From NCBI GenBank assembly GCA_965207915.1, contig OZ242304.1, positions 1,389,581-1,453,580 of the forward strand: 64,000 nt of DNA. Reading direction: 5' to 3'. Within the stretch, counting starts at the first letter, position 1. Each line of letters opens with the position of its first letter. This DNA is from Chloroflexota bacterium. Lineage in GTDB: Bacteria; Chloroflexota; UBA11872; VXNJ01. Below are positions 10,043 through 19,589 of the stretch, piece by piece. The notes under the pieces were generated by a model. The model was not told where the DNA came from. It did no database searches and saw only the letters and a program-made list of their open reading frames with translations. A program made the position numbers and the translations under genes.

Positions 10043-11215
10043 ATGAGGGTCCTCCACACCGCCGACTGGCACTTGGGCAAGAAGCTGGGCCGGTTCGAAC
10101 GCTACGCGGAGATGGGCCAATTCGTTAACTGGCTGGTCGAGATCTGCCAACAGCGAACGGTCGACCTGGTGCTGATCGCCGGCGACCTGTTCGACACGCC
10201 ATCGCCACCCAACCGCGCGGTGTCGCTGGCCACCGAGGCGCTGCAGCGCCTGACCGGGCTGGGCGCACAGGTGGTGGCGATCGCCGGAAACCACGATTCG
10301 GCCGACTACTTTGAAAACCTCAACCGTTTCTCGGAACTGCACGGCGTCCACCTGGTCGGGCGCCCGCGCGGGCCCCAACAGGGCGGGATCCTGCGGGTCC
10401 AGACCCGCTCCGGTCCCGCGGCGGTGGCGTGCTGTCCGTACCTGCGCGAGCACGCGGTGGTCGATTTTTTTGCCGAGAGCGGCGAGCGGCACGGCGCCTA
10501 TAAGCAGCGCCTGGGGGCGGTCATGTCGGCGCTGGACCGGGGACTGGCCGACTATCCCGATTGCGTGCGACTGCTCATGGGGCATCTGGCCACTGACGGG
10601 GCGGTGCTCTCGCTCAGCGGGTCCGGACGCGAACCGCGCGGCGAACGCACCCTGACCATCGGCAACGCCTACGTGGTCTCCGGCCAGCAGTTGCCGCAGG
10701 TCGCCCAGTACACCGCCCTGGGGCACATTCATGCCGCGCAGAGGGTGCCCGCGCCCGGACTGGCCCGCTACGCCGGATCGCCGCTGGCGCTGGATTTCGG
10801 GGAACGGAAAGACCGCAAGCAGGTGGTTCTGATCGACGTCGCGCCCGACCGCAGCGCCGCGGTGGAGCCGATCGACGTGCCGCCGGGCCGGCGGCTGCGC
10901 TCGGTCAGCGGCAACTGGGACGAGCTGGTGGCACGCCGCGAAGAGTTCGGCGGCGACTACCTCTCGCTGACCGTAACCGGCGCTGACGCCCCGCGGGCGT
11001 TGTTGCAGCGCGCGGCCGAGACGTTTCCGCGGCTCGTGCGCGCCCACCCGGTTGCGGCCGGCGGCCAATCGCAGGAGCCGGGTCAGCGAATCGACCGCGA
11101 CTGGACCGAGATCTACGCCGAGTACGTGCGCTCGAGCGTCGGCGGCGAACCTCCCCAACCGCTCCTGGAGGAATTCCGCAGGGTTTACGCGACGGTGACC
11201 AATGCGTCCGATTGA
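10043..11215 (+). CDS. sbcD: DNA repair exonuclease SbcD/Mre11
   Basis: Calcineurin-like phosphoesterase motifs: DWHLG at the N-terminus, GDLFD, GNHD, GHIH. Confidence 0.85.
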   Translation: MRVLHTADWHLGKKLGRFERYAEMGQFVNWLVEICQQRTVDLVLIAGDLFDTPSPPNRAVSLATEALQRLTGLGAQVVAIAGNHDSADYFENLNRFSELHGVHLVGRPRGPQQGGILRVQTRSGPAAVACCPYLREHAVVDFFAESGERHGAYKQRLGAVMSALDRGLADYPDCVRLLMGHLATDGAVLSLSGSGREPRGERTLTIGNAYVVSGQQLPQVAQYTALGHIHAAQRVPAPGLARYAGSPLALDFGERKDRKQVVLIDVAPDRSAAVEPIDVPPGRRLRSVSGNWDELVARREEFGGDYLSLTVTGADAPRALLQRAAETFPRLVRAHPVAAGGQSQEPGQRIDRDWTEIYAEYVRSSVGGEPPQPLLEEFRRVYATVTNASD

Positions 11216-13745
11216 GCTGACGCTCAAGGACTTTAGGTCCTTTCAGGGTAGGCACAGCTTTTCCTTCGCCGGCCGGCGCCTGGTGGCGGTGGCCGGGCCG
11301 ATCGGGGCCGGCAAGACCTCGATCCTGGATGCGGTTGCCTACGCCCTCTACGGGCAGACCCCGAAACTGGGGCGCGCTTCGGCGGCACTGATCAACCAGG
11401 AGGCCGTCGAGATGTCGGTGAGGCTGCGGTTCAGGGTGGGCGCGAGCGCCTGGGAGGTGGAACGGCTGGCGCGCCGACGAGGTGCCGGCACCGCGGCGCT
11501 TTACCCCTACTCGGAGCCCGACGGCCGCAACACCGTGGAGCTGCTTAGCGGCGCGCGCAACGTCAATGCCCGCATTGAGGAAATCCTGGGCATGGATTTT
11601 GCCGCCTTCTCGCGCTCGATTTTGCTGCCGCAGGGCGAATTCGCGCAGTTCCTGCAGGCGACCGCAGCCGAAAAAGACCGGGTCCTGAAGGGCGTGTTCG
11701 GACTGGAACGAATCGACCGCATGCGCCAGCTGGCGCGTGAACGGGCTCTGGCGGCGGCGCTGGATGTGACCAGGGTCTCCGACGAGCTGGAGGAGTCCGA
11801 ATCTGCCGCCGCTGAAATTGAAAAGTTGGAACCCATGCTGGAACGAGCCGCTGAACGAGCGGCCGCGGTTGGCGCGCTGCAGTCGCAGGCCGCAGATCTG
11901 GACGCCGGCGAGCAGAAGGTGGCCAGCGCGCTGGAGAGTTTGGATGCGGGCGCCCGCGCGCTCTCCCGAGCCGCGAACCGCCTGCGCCCGGAGAAAGAAA
12001 TCACGGCGGCAGTCGCGGCCGCCGACGACGCCGCCGAAAAAAACCGCGGAGCGGCGGATCAGGTGCGGACTGCCCGCGAAAAGATGGAGTCGGCCGAGGC
12101 CGAAATGCGGCGGTTCCTGGGCGACCTGGGTGATGAGGCGGGCCTGGAGCGGGCCCGGGAGGCCGTCGACGAGCTGGCAATGCGGAGAAAGGGCGCGGCC
12201 GAATCGTCAGCGGAACTCGAAGGCGCCGCAAGGGCGCAGGCCGACTCGCGCCGGGAACTTGAGCGACTGGAGCTTGAGCTGGAAGAGGCGGCCGCAGCGG
12301 CCAGCGCCCGCGAGCGGAGCCTGCGGGCGGTCCGACGTGAACTGGAGATCGCCAGGGAACGGGTGGATGAACTGGAGCGGGCCGACATGGCAATGACGTT
12401 GCGCGAACACCTGGCCCGCGACGATGAGTGCCCGGTGTGCGGTCGTCTGATCAGCCAGTTGCCGGAGGGACACGTCCATCCCGACCTGGATACGGCCCGG
12501 GGCCGGTCCCGGCGCGCGGCCGCCGATCAGGATCGCGCCAGCGAAGCGCTGGCGGCCGCGCGCGAGCAAGCGGCCGGGCTGGAGGCGACCCGGACTGCGG
12601 CCGCGGCTCAGGCAAGCGAAGACCGGCGCGCGTTAGAGAATGCCCGCGCCGACGCCGCGGAAGCGGCCGCCGGTCTCGAGCGGGCCGCCGAGTCCGCCGC
12701 CGGACTTCTCTCTTCCGACGACCCGGAATCAGCGCTGGCGGACCTGGAAACGCGATTTGCCGGCCTGCGCCGAGCGGCCGCCGGAGCCGCCGGTGAATTC
12801 GCCTCATCGGTAGCCGCCGAGGCGGATGTTCGGGTCGCGGGCGAGGCGGCGCGGGCCGACGCGCAGGCGCTCGAACTCGAGCTGAGCGTGATCGCCGGGG
12901 AGATGGGGGTGCGGCCGAAGGACGCGGACCTTCCCGAAATGGGTGTCGCAGAGTTGGCGCGGCGCCTGCGCGATCATGCCCGGCACCGCCGCCGCGAGCT
13001 GGCCCGCGAGCGGGACTCGCTCACGCGTCGGGCGGCCGAGCTGGCCGAGGAGCGCCGCGATCTGCTGACCCGGTGGGACGTCCCCACCGGCGAGGGGGTC
13101 AACGATTTCGCGGCGCGGATCCACGCCGAGGCCGCCACCCTGCGCGCCCGCGAGCGAGAGCTCGGGCAAAAGGCGGCGCGGGGTGCCGATTTGGCGCGGG
13201 CCAAACGGGAACTTGAGCGCCGCCGCCGTCACCTGGAGCGCCTGGTCGAGGACCTGCGCGACAGCCGGTTCCTAAAGTACATGCTCGCCGGCAAGCGGGC
13301 CCAGCTGGCCGAGCTTGGCGGGGAGCGGATCCGCGAACTTACCGGCGGCCGATTCGGCTTCTCGCCCGGGGACCGGTTCGAGATAGTCGACTTTGGTGCC
13401 GCCGACCCGGAACTGCGGGTGCGCGGATCGGACACCCTTTCCGGGGGCGAGACCTTCCTGGCCTCCCTCAGCCTGGCGCTGGCACTGGCCGACCTGGTAG
13501 CCGGGCAGGGCGGACGGCTGGGCAGCTTCTTCCTGGACGAGGGTTTCGGCAGCCTCGATGCCGATCACCTGGCCATCGCCATGGACGGAATCGAGCGACT
13601 GGCGTCGGAGGCCGAGGACCGCCTGGTGGTTCTGGTCTCGCACGTCCCCGGGGTGCAGGAGAGAGTGGAGGACCAGATCGTCCTCGGCGCGCCGGCCGGC
13701 CCGGGCGGCGGTTCCAGGATCGTCTCCGGCGCCGTCCCCGCCTAG
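11202..13745 (+). CDS. sbcC: DNA repair ATPase SbcC/Rad50
   Basis: Walker A GPIGAGKTS, a long coiled-coil with zinc hook CPVCGR, ABC signature LSGGE, D-loop FFLDEGFGSLD and H-loop LVSHV. It overlaps sbcD by 14 nt. Confidence 0.85.
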   Translation: MRPIELTLKDFRSFQGRHSFSFAGRRLVAVAGPIGAGKTSILDAVAYALYGQTPKLGRASAALINQEAVEMSVRLRFRVGASAWEVERLARRRGAGTAALYPYSEPDGRNTVELLSGARNVNARIEEILGMDFAAFSRSILLPQGEFAQFLQATAAEKDRVLKGVFGLERIDRMRQLARERALAAALDVTRVSDELEESESAAAEIEKLEPMLERAAERAAAVGALQSQAADLDAGEQKVASALESLDAGARALSRAANRLRPEKEITAAVAAADDAAEKNRGAADQVRTAREKMESAEAEMRRFLGDLGDEAGLERAREAVDELAMRRKGAAESSAELEGAARAQADSRRELERLELELEEAAAAASARERSLRAVRRELEIARERVDELERADMAMTLREHLARDDECPVCGRLISQLPEGHVHPDLDTARGRSRRAAADQDRASEALAAAREQAAGLEATRTAAAAQASEDRRALENARADAAEAAAGLERAAESAAGLLSSDDPESALADLETRFAGLRRAAAGAAGEFASSVAAEADVRVAGEAARADAQALELELSVIAGEMGVRPKDADLPEMGVAELARRLRDHARHRRRELARERDSLTRRAAELAEERRDLLTRWDVPTGEGVNDFAARIHAEAATLRARERELGQKAARGADLARAKRELERRRRHLERLVEDLRDSRFLKYMLAGKRAQLAELGGERIRELTGGRFGFSPGDRFEIVDFGAADPELRVRGSDTLSGGETFLASLSLALALADLVAGQGGRLGSFFLDEGFGSLDADHLAIAMDGIERLASEAEDRLVVLVSHVPGVQERVEDQIVLGAPAGPGGGSRIVSGAVPA

Positions 13746-14197
13746 ACGGGTATCCCCGGGATGGTCGCGATCTGCACCGGGACGAGTTCGTCCTCGATGT
13801 AGACCCCGTCGGCAAAGTACATGCCGGTGGGATGGACCTTGCCGGTCACGGTGATTTCCGCCAGCAGGGCAAGGGCCGCGTATTCGGGTTCGTCAAGAAT
13901 CCCGAACAACACCGGCTGTACGCGGTTCTTTTCGTCTATCAGCTGAACGACCGCCGATTCCGGGCCGATCGGGACCAGGTCGATGCGGCTGCCGGGAGGC
14001 GGCCGGAGCAGGGTTCCGGGAATGACCTCGCCGGTCAAAGTGGTGCGGCTCTGATAACGCTCCTGGCCCAGGTCGTGCAGTTCGGTAACGCTGAGCGCCC
14101 CGTGCGGGCGTCCGCCGCAGCCGGCCAGCAGCAGGGCCAGGACCAGGGTTGCCGCCAGCGCCGCCCCACCGCGCCGCAGGCAACCGGCGGCGATCAA
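13742..14197 (-). CDS. Putative lipoprotein
   Basis: Signal peptide with lipobox LLAGC. 151 aa with no recognised domain. Confidence 0.5.
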   Translation of the reverse strand: MIAAGCLRRGGAALAATLVLALLLAGCGGRPHGALSVTELHDLGQERYQSRTTLTGEVIPGTLLRPPPGSRIDLVPIGPESAVVQLIDEKNRVQPVLFGILDEPEYAALALLAEITVTGKVHPTGMYFADGVYIEDELVPVQIATIPGIPV

Positions 14198-15054
14198 GCG
14201 CTGATGAAGGCGACCGCCAGCGCCTCGCGTCCCACGTGCGCGCCAATGGCCGGCGCGAGCGGTTCGGCGTCGTGCGTGTTTCCACTCACCTGAACCCGGT
14301 CCAGGATCGCCGTGCGCAATGATTCGAGCTGGCGTGGATCGCCGGAGCTGACGAACCCGATGTCGATGACCCCGTCGGGGGCGTTTTCGGCGGCGAAGTC
14401 AACCAGCATGGAGATCGCCCGCCGCATGCTGCGGGCGCGGCCGACCGGCTGCAACTCGCCCTCGCGCAATTCCAGGATCGGTTTGAATCCGAGCATCGTC
14501 CCGATCAGCGCGCGGGCGTTGCCGATGCGCCCGCCGCGGCGCAGGTACTCCAGCGTCGGCACCGCCACCGCCAGGCGGGTCCGATCGCGCAGTTTTTCGA
14601 GTTCGTCGAGGATGGCTTGAACGTCGCTACCCCCTTCGACCATGCGGGCCGCGGCCAGCACCAGCAGCCCGGAGGCGGTGGTTGCATTTAAGGAGTCGAA
14701 GACGTGAATGTGGGCGTCGGGGAACTGGGCGGCGGCCTGGGTGAATGAGGAGTAGGTGCCGCTCAATTTCGAGGAGATTGTTATCCCGAGCACGTCGTCG
14801 CCGGCCTCGACGTGCGGGCGCATGGCGTCGGCCACCTCGGTCGGCGTCGCCTGCGAGGTGGTGGGGTGGTCGGACGAGGTCTCCAGCAGGTCGTAGAAGC
14901 TGTCGGAGTCGAGATCGACCTGGTCCAGGTAGTCGGTCGTCCCGAACAGCACGTGCTGCGGGACCACGGTGATCCCGTAGCGTTCGACCTCGTCTGAGGG
15001 GACCGAGCAGGTTGTGTCAGTAACTATTCGGATCGCCATCTGTTGCCTCAACAT
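14194..15054 (-). CDS. DegV family fatty-acid-binding protein
   Basis: IRIVTDTTCSVP...TSQATP pattern of the DegV/EDD fold. The internal ATG at about 15039 (MAIRIV) has the better RBS. Confidence 0.75.
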   Translation of the reverse strand: MLRQQMAIRIVTDTTCSVPSDEVERYGITVVPQHVLFGTTDYLDQVDLDSDSFYDLLETSSDHPTTSQATPTEVADAMRPHVEAGDDVLGITISSKLSGTYSSFTQAAAQFPDAHIHVFDSLNATTASGLLVLAAARMVEGGSDVQAILDELEKLRDRTRLAVAVPTLEYLRRGGRIGNARALIGTMLGFKPILELREGELQPVGRARSMRRAISMLVDFAAENAPDGVIDIGFVSSGDPRQLESLRTAILDRVQVSGNTHDAEPLAPAIGAHVGREALAVAFISA

Positions 15055-15155
15055 CCACAGTTCGCCACGCTGAGGAGGGCTCCGATTTGCGCCCTGCCCG
15101 CACGGTGGCGCATTCTATTTGCCGAATCGGTGCAAAGTGGCGATCGGGTCGCGGA

Positions 15156-15539
15156 TCAGGAGCGTGGGGCCCAGTGTCGTTGTCGGAAGTAGACGAGTCC
15201 GATGGCCGGGATTACAGCAAATATCAGCGGGAGAAACGCGTCGCCCGGCTGCACGCCGAGCGCGATCGACGCGCTAAGAGCCAGGTCGGCGAATATGTTC
15301 AACCCCAGCAGCGCCAGCACGACCCGCTGGGTAGACGGCGAGGCGGAAGGGGCCAAAAGACCCACGACCAGCGCGACCGCGGCAATCGGGTGCAGCGCGA
15401 CCAAGACGCCGCGCGAGACAATGTCGGCCCCGTCGGCAAAGCTCCCGACCAACGCGGCGCCTCCGGCCACCAACACTTGAAAGACGCCCAAGACAAGCAT
15501 CAGGACGTGGAGCAATTTCATCGCCGCGCTACCCCTCAT
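15156..15539 (-). CDS. Small integral membrane protein (3-4 TM helices)
   Basis: Hydrophobic segments throughout. No homology recognised. Confidence 0.4.
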   Translation of the reverse strand: MRGSAAMKLLHVLMLVLGVFQVLVAGGAALVGSFADGADIVSRGVLVALHPIAAVALVVGLLAPSASPSTQRVVLALLGLNIFADLALSASIALGVQPGDAFLPLIFAVIPAIGLVYFRQRHWAPRS

Positions 15540-15664
15540 CCGGTTCGCACCTCACCTCTGCGTGCTATCAATTGCCAAATCTCCCCGCGCTGAGACTTCC
15601 GCCCCAAGCATCGATTTGCTGGCCGCTCTGGCTCCCTTGCGCTCGGCAGGCGGCCGAGCACGAC

Positions 15665-15739
15665 GGTGAGCCGGGTGGGAGTCGAACCCACGACCAACGG
15701 ATTAAAAGTCCGCTGCTCTACCAGCTGAGCTACCGGCCC
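15665..15739 (-). tRNA. tRNA-Lys (anticodon UUU)
   Basis: Cloverleaf folded by hand: acceptor GGGCCGG/CCGGCTC, D arm GCTC-AGCTGGTA-GAGC, anticodon stem-loop GCGGA-CTTTTAA-TCCGT, T arm GTGGG-TTCGACT-CCCAC. Discriminator A with CC encoded. Confidence 0.8.
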
Positions 15740-16114
15740 GGACCAAGAGCACCGGGGAATCCGAGGCCGTAGTCCAAGGGTAATTTTCGCCGTCCGCCGT
15801 AATCCGGGGGCCAAGGAGGAGGCGACGGTTTCTGGGAAGACAGCTGCGATCCACCCCCGGCGGGGCTGCAAGCGGTGGTAGGTTCGGCAATTAAGGAATC
15901 GCTATTTAACGTCGAAAGTTATTGAGCAAGACCTGCCGGTTCGCTTAATAAACCCCTGTGTGGTCGGAATCGACGCGGGGCCGACGGGCGGAGCAATCTG
16001 GACCGCGATGAAGACAGTATCCTGGTTGCGAGCGATTTCGAGGTCGAACCGAATTTCTTCCCGTCGGGCGGCAATATTGATGGGCAATTCGCCGCGACGC
16101 TATACCGCGCCGAG

Positions 16115-18637
16115 TCACTCTGCGGGTTCGGCGGTGCCTTCTGAACGCTCGGCCACGCTTTCGACAGCATCATCGGCAAATTCGCCAGCTTCGATAGATT
16201 CTTCCGAAACCGCCAGGCCGGCAACTTCCTCGCCCTCGTTGAGGCGTTGGACGATCATCCCCTGGGCATAGCGGCTCTGGGTCCGCAGCTCACCCAGCGA
16301 CTGGCGGATCATCTGGCCGGAGTTGGAGAGCAGGAACATCTGCGCTTCGGGGTCTGCGAACACCTGCGCGGCCACCACGTGACCGGTCTTGCGGCGCAGG
16401 TTTATTGCCTTCAGCCCCTTGCCGCCGCGCCCCTGCGGGCGAAATTCGCCGATTTCCATCTTCTTGCCGTATCCGCCCGAGGTGATAACGACCACGTAAT
16501 CGTCGTCGTTCGTCAGGTCCATCCCGACCACCGAATCGTCATCGGAGAGCCGGATCCCGAAAACGCCGCCGCTGGTTCGCCCGCTTATCCGCACGTCGTC
16601 CTCGTGAAAGTGGATTCCCATGCCGTTGCGGGTCAGGAACATCACCCGGTTGTCGCCATTGGAGGTGCGAACCCAGCGCAACTCGTCGTTTTCCTCCAGG
16701 CGCATCGCCAAGAGGCCGTTGGAGCGCACCGTGGCGTAGCGGGCCAGCGCGGTCCGCTTGACGTATCCGCGAACCGTGCCGAAGACCAGGTTGAAGTGCT
16801 CCTCGAAATTGCGGATCGCGATCGGAGCCGTGACCTCCTCGCCTCGCTCAAGCCGCACCAGGTTGGCCAGAGCGTAGCCGCGCGCGCTGCGCGACATCTG
16901 CGGGACGTCGAATCCGCGCAGCTTAAACACCCGACCGCGGTTGGTAAACAGCAGCAGGTGAGCATGCGTGTTGGTCAGGATCAGGTGGTTGATCCCGTCC
17001 TCGTCCTGGTCGACGGCCACCCCCCGGATGCCTTTGCCACCGCGGCCCTGCGACTTAAAGACGTGGCTGGGAACGCGCTTGGCGTAACCCTTCCTGGATA
17101 TGGTGATCACCACCTCTTCGTCCGGGTTCAGGTCCTCATCGGACATGTCGGTGGAGAGCACGTCCACGATCTGGGTGCGGCGCGGCGTTCCAAAGCGGGC
17201 TTTGAGCTCCTGGGTCTCCTCTTTGATCACGTCCAGGACCTTGCTGCGGTCGCCGAGGAGTTCGACCAGTTCGCGTATGCGGGCCTGGATTTCCTCCAGC
17301 TCGTCGCGCAGCTTCTGGGTCTCCAGCGCAACCAAACGCCTTAACTGCATGTCCAGCACTGCGTTGGCCTGGATCTGGGAGAGCTCGAAGGCCTCCATCA
17401 ATCCTTCGCGGGCGTCGTCGGTAGTGGGGGCGTTGCGGATCAGCTCGACCACCTCGTCGATGTTGTCCAGCGCGATCAGGAATCCCTCGAGCACGTGTTC
17501 GCGGGCCCGAGCGCGTTCCAGTTCGAAGCGCGCCCGACGCTCCACAACCTCGACCCGGTGGTCGATGAAGTGCGAGAGCATCTCGCGCATGCCCAGGGTC
17601 TCGGGTTGGCCGGCGACCAGACTGACCGCGTTCACACCGAAGGTCGACTGCAGGGCGGTGTGTTTGAGCAGCTGGTTGGTGACGCTGCGCGGGAATGAAT
17701 TGCGTTTGAGGACGACGACGATCCGCATCCCGTTGCGGTCGGACTCGTCGCGAATGTCGACTATGTCGTCGATCACCTTGGCCTGCGCAAGTTCGGCGAT
17801 CTTGACTATCAGGCGCGCCTTTTTCACCATGTACGGCAGCTCGGAAATGATGAGCGTTTCGCGTCCGTTGTCGGCCGTCTCGGGGGCGATCCGGGCCTGC
17901 ATGGTGATGCTGCCGCGCCCGGACGCGTAGGCGGTTTTCACGTTTCGCCGACCGATTTTTCCGCCGGTCGGAAAATCGGGACCCGGCATGATCTTGAGCA
18001 GTTCGTCGACCGTCAGCTCGGGGTTATCGATCAGGGTGCAGATGGCGTCGGCGACCTCGCCCAGGTTGTGCGGCGGAATCTTGGTGGCCAGGCCGACCGC
18101 GATTCCGGCCGCCCCGTTGACCACCAGGTTGGGGAACTTGCCCGGCAGCACCGCCGGCATTTCGGCGGTCGTGTCGAAGTTGTCGACGAAGTCGACGGTG
18201 TCCTGACCGATGTCGGCCAGCATGGCCTCGGAAACCCCGTTCAGCCGTGCCTCGGTGTAGCGCATCGCGGCCGGCGGGTCGTCGTCGATCGATCCGTAAT
18301 TGCCCTGCCCGTCCACCAGCGGAACCCGCATTGCAAAATCTTGCGCTAGGTGAACCAGGGCGTCGTAGATCGCCCCGTCCCCGTGGGGATGGAATTTACC
18401 CATCGTGTCGCCAACAATGCGGGCGCTCTTGCGGTGCTGGCTGCCCGCCCGGGCGCCCAGTTCGAGCATCGAATAAAGGATGCGGCGCTGGACCGGCTTC
18501 AGGCCGTCGCGCACGTCCGGCAGGGCGCGCGAGACGATTGTGCTCATGGCGTAGTCGAGGTAGGCGGCGCCGATCTCGCTCTCGAATACGACGTCCTCGG
18601 TGTGCCCGATTCGGTCCAAGTCGCCAGAGTCGTTCAT
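16115..18637 (-). CDS. gyrA: DNA gyrase subunit A
   Basis: 840 aa. N-terminal [32 protein letters not shown] and the GyrA-box QGRGGKG in the C-terminal beta-pinwheel distinguish it from ParC. Acidic C-terminal tail. Confidence 0.9.
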   Translation of the reverse strand: MNDSGDLDRIGHTEDVVFESEIGAAYLDYAMSTIVSRALPDVRDGLKPVQRRILYSMLELGARAGSQHRKSARIVGDTMGKFHPHGDGAIYDALVHLAQDFAMRVPLVDGQGNYGSIDDDPPAAMRYTEARLNGVSEAMLADIGQDTVDFVDNFDTTAEMPAVLPGKFPNLVVNGAAGIAVGLATKIPPHNLGEVADAICTLIDNPELTVDELLKIMPGPDFPTGGKIGRRNVKTAYASGRGSITMQARIAPETADNGRETLIISELPYMVKKARLIVKIAELAQAKVIDDIVDIRDESDRNGMRIVVVLKRNSFPRSVTNQLLKHTALQSTFGVNAVSLVAGQPETLGMREMLSHFIDHRVEVVERRARFELERARAREHVLEGFLIALDNIDEVVELIRNAPTTDDAREGLMEAFELSQIQANAVLDMQLRRLVALETQKLRDELEEIQARIRELVELLGDRSKVLDVIKEETQELKARFGTPRRTQIVDVLSTDMSDEDLNPDEEVVITISRKGYAKRVPSHVFKSQGRGGKGIRGVAVDQDEDGINHLILTNTHAHLLLFTNRGRVFKLRGFDVPQMSRSARGYALANLVRLERGEEVTAPIAIRNFEEHFNLVFGTVRGYVKRTALARYATVRSNGLLAMRLEENDELRWVRTSNGDNRVMFLTRNGMGIHFHEDDVRISGRTSGGVFGIRLSDDDSVVGMDLTNDDDYVVVITSGGYGKKMEIGEFRPQGRGGKGLKAINLRRKTGHVVAAQVFADPEAQMFLLSNSGQMIRQSLGELRTQSRYAQGMIVQRLNEGEEVAGLAVSEESIEAGEFADDAVESVAERSEGTAEPAE

Positions 18638-18641
18638 AGGC

Positions 18642-19169
18642 CTACGCGATCTCGCCGGCCGGACCGGCGTCGTTGTCGGCGCGATAGTCGCCGCTGCGTC
18701 CGCCGGATTTCTCCAGCAGCCGGATGCCGCCGATCCGGATCGCGCGGTCGAGCGCCTTGCACATGTCGTAAACGGTCAGCGCGGCCGCGCTGACGGCGGT
18801 GAGCGCCTCCATCTCGACACCCGTGGGCGCGAGCGCCGAAACGCTGGCCCGTACCCTGACCCGGTTCCATTCCGGTTCAGGTTCGAGTCGGACGTTCACC
18901 TGGGTGAGCGGCAGCGGGTGGCAGAGCGGGATCAGTTCGGCGGTGCGCTTGGCGGCCATCACCCCGGCCAGCTCGGCGGTGGAAAGGACGTTGCCCTTGC
19001 CCGATCCCTTAGAGGAGTCTTGGACGGCCGCGAACGCGGCCGCGTTCATCGTCACCAGGCCCTCGGCCAGCGCCCTGCGCTGGGTGGCGGGTTTGCCGGA
19101 AACGTCGACCATCCGCGGACGACCGGATTGGTCAAGATGCGAGAGTGGTTGCTGGGGCGCGGAGATCAA
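18642..19169 (-). CDS. moaC: Cyclic pyranopterin monophosphate synthase MoaC
   Basis: LSHLD...MVDVSGK N-terminus and the conserved MoaC core ([10 protein letters not shown]). Ends 4 nt before the gyrA start. Confidence 0.85.
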   Translation of the reverse strand: MISAPQQPLSHLDQSGRPRMVDVSGKPATQRRALAEGLVTMNAAAFAAVQDSSKGSGKGNVLSTAELAGVMAAKRTAELIPLCHPLPLTQVNVRLEPEPEWNRVRVRASVSALAPTGVEMEALTAVSAAALTVYDMCKALDRAIRIGGIRLLEKSGGRSGDYRADNDAGPAGEIA

Positions 19170-19303
19170 TGCGTAAAGGGTGCCTTTCCGGGTAGCAAAT
19201 TATAAGAAATCGGGGCTCCGTGTTTGAGGCTCGTATGATATTTCCGGACCGGACCGCCGCCGCGCTAACCTTTGGCTACCGTCACCTTTCCAAAGATGCT
19301 CAA

Positions 19304-19468
19304 ATGTCTGGTTCTGCCAGCCGTGGTCCGGGTATTGCCGCCTACGCGGCGACCATGGCCGCCTTCTTCCTGATCCTGTTTGCCGTCCACGGCGCGTTGG
19401 GCGACGCCCTGCCGGCCGCCCTGCAGGATCTGGTGGACTCGCTGCCGGTGCCGCTGCCGGGCATCTAG
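19304..19468 (+). CDS. Possible small membrane protein (54 aa)
   Basis: Single hydrophobic helix (MAAFFLILFAVHGALG) in the divergent moaC/clp intergenic region. No RBS or homology support. Confidence 0.2.
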   Translation: MSGSASRGPGIAAYAATMAAFFLILFAVHGALGDALPAALQDLVDSLPVPLPGI

Positions 19469-19589
19469 GCCGGCCCCGATGGCGACCGCCGCCCCGAGTC
19501 CCTGGTTGCTGCGATCGCGCTCCCCGCGCGGATCCTCCCCCCGCCGGCGCGGCGGTTCGCAGGGCCGCCGAAGTCGATCCCCGCTGGCC

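Noticed and set aside
8033-11227. 1064-aa ORF on the minus strand opposite herA/sbcD
   Set aside because: Arg/Gly/Ala-rich shadow ORF typical of the antisense frame of high-GC genes. It has no motifs, and the plus-strand genes carry clear catalytic signatures.
19380-19589. N-terminal extension of the Clp ATPase ORF
   Set aside because: The translation is Arg/Cys/Pro-rich (RCRCRCRASRPAP...) with no N-domain homology. The start at 19590 (MYGVDLT) aligns with the ClpB linker.
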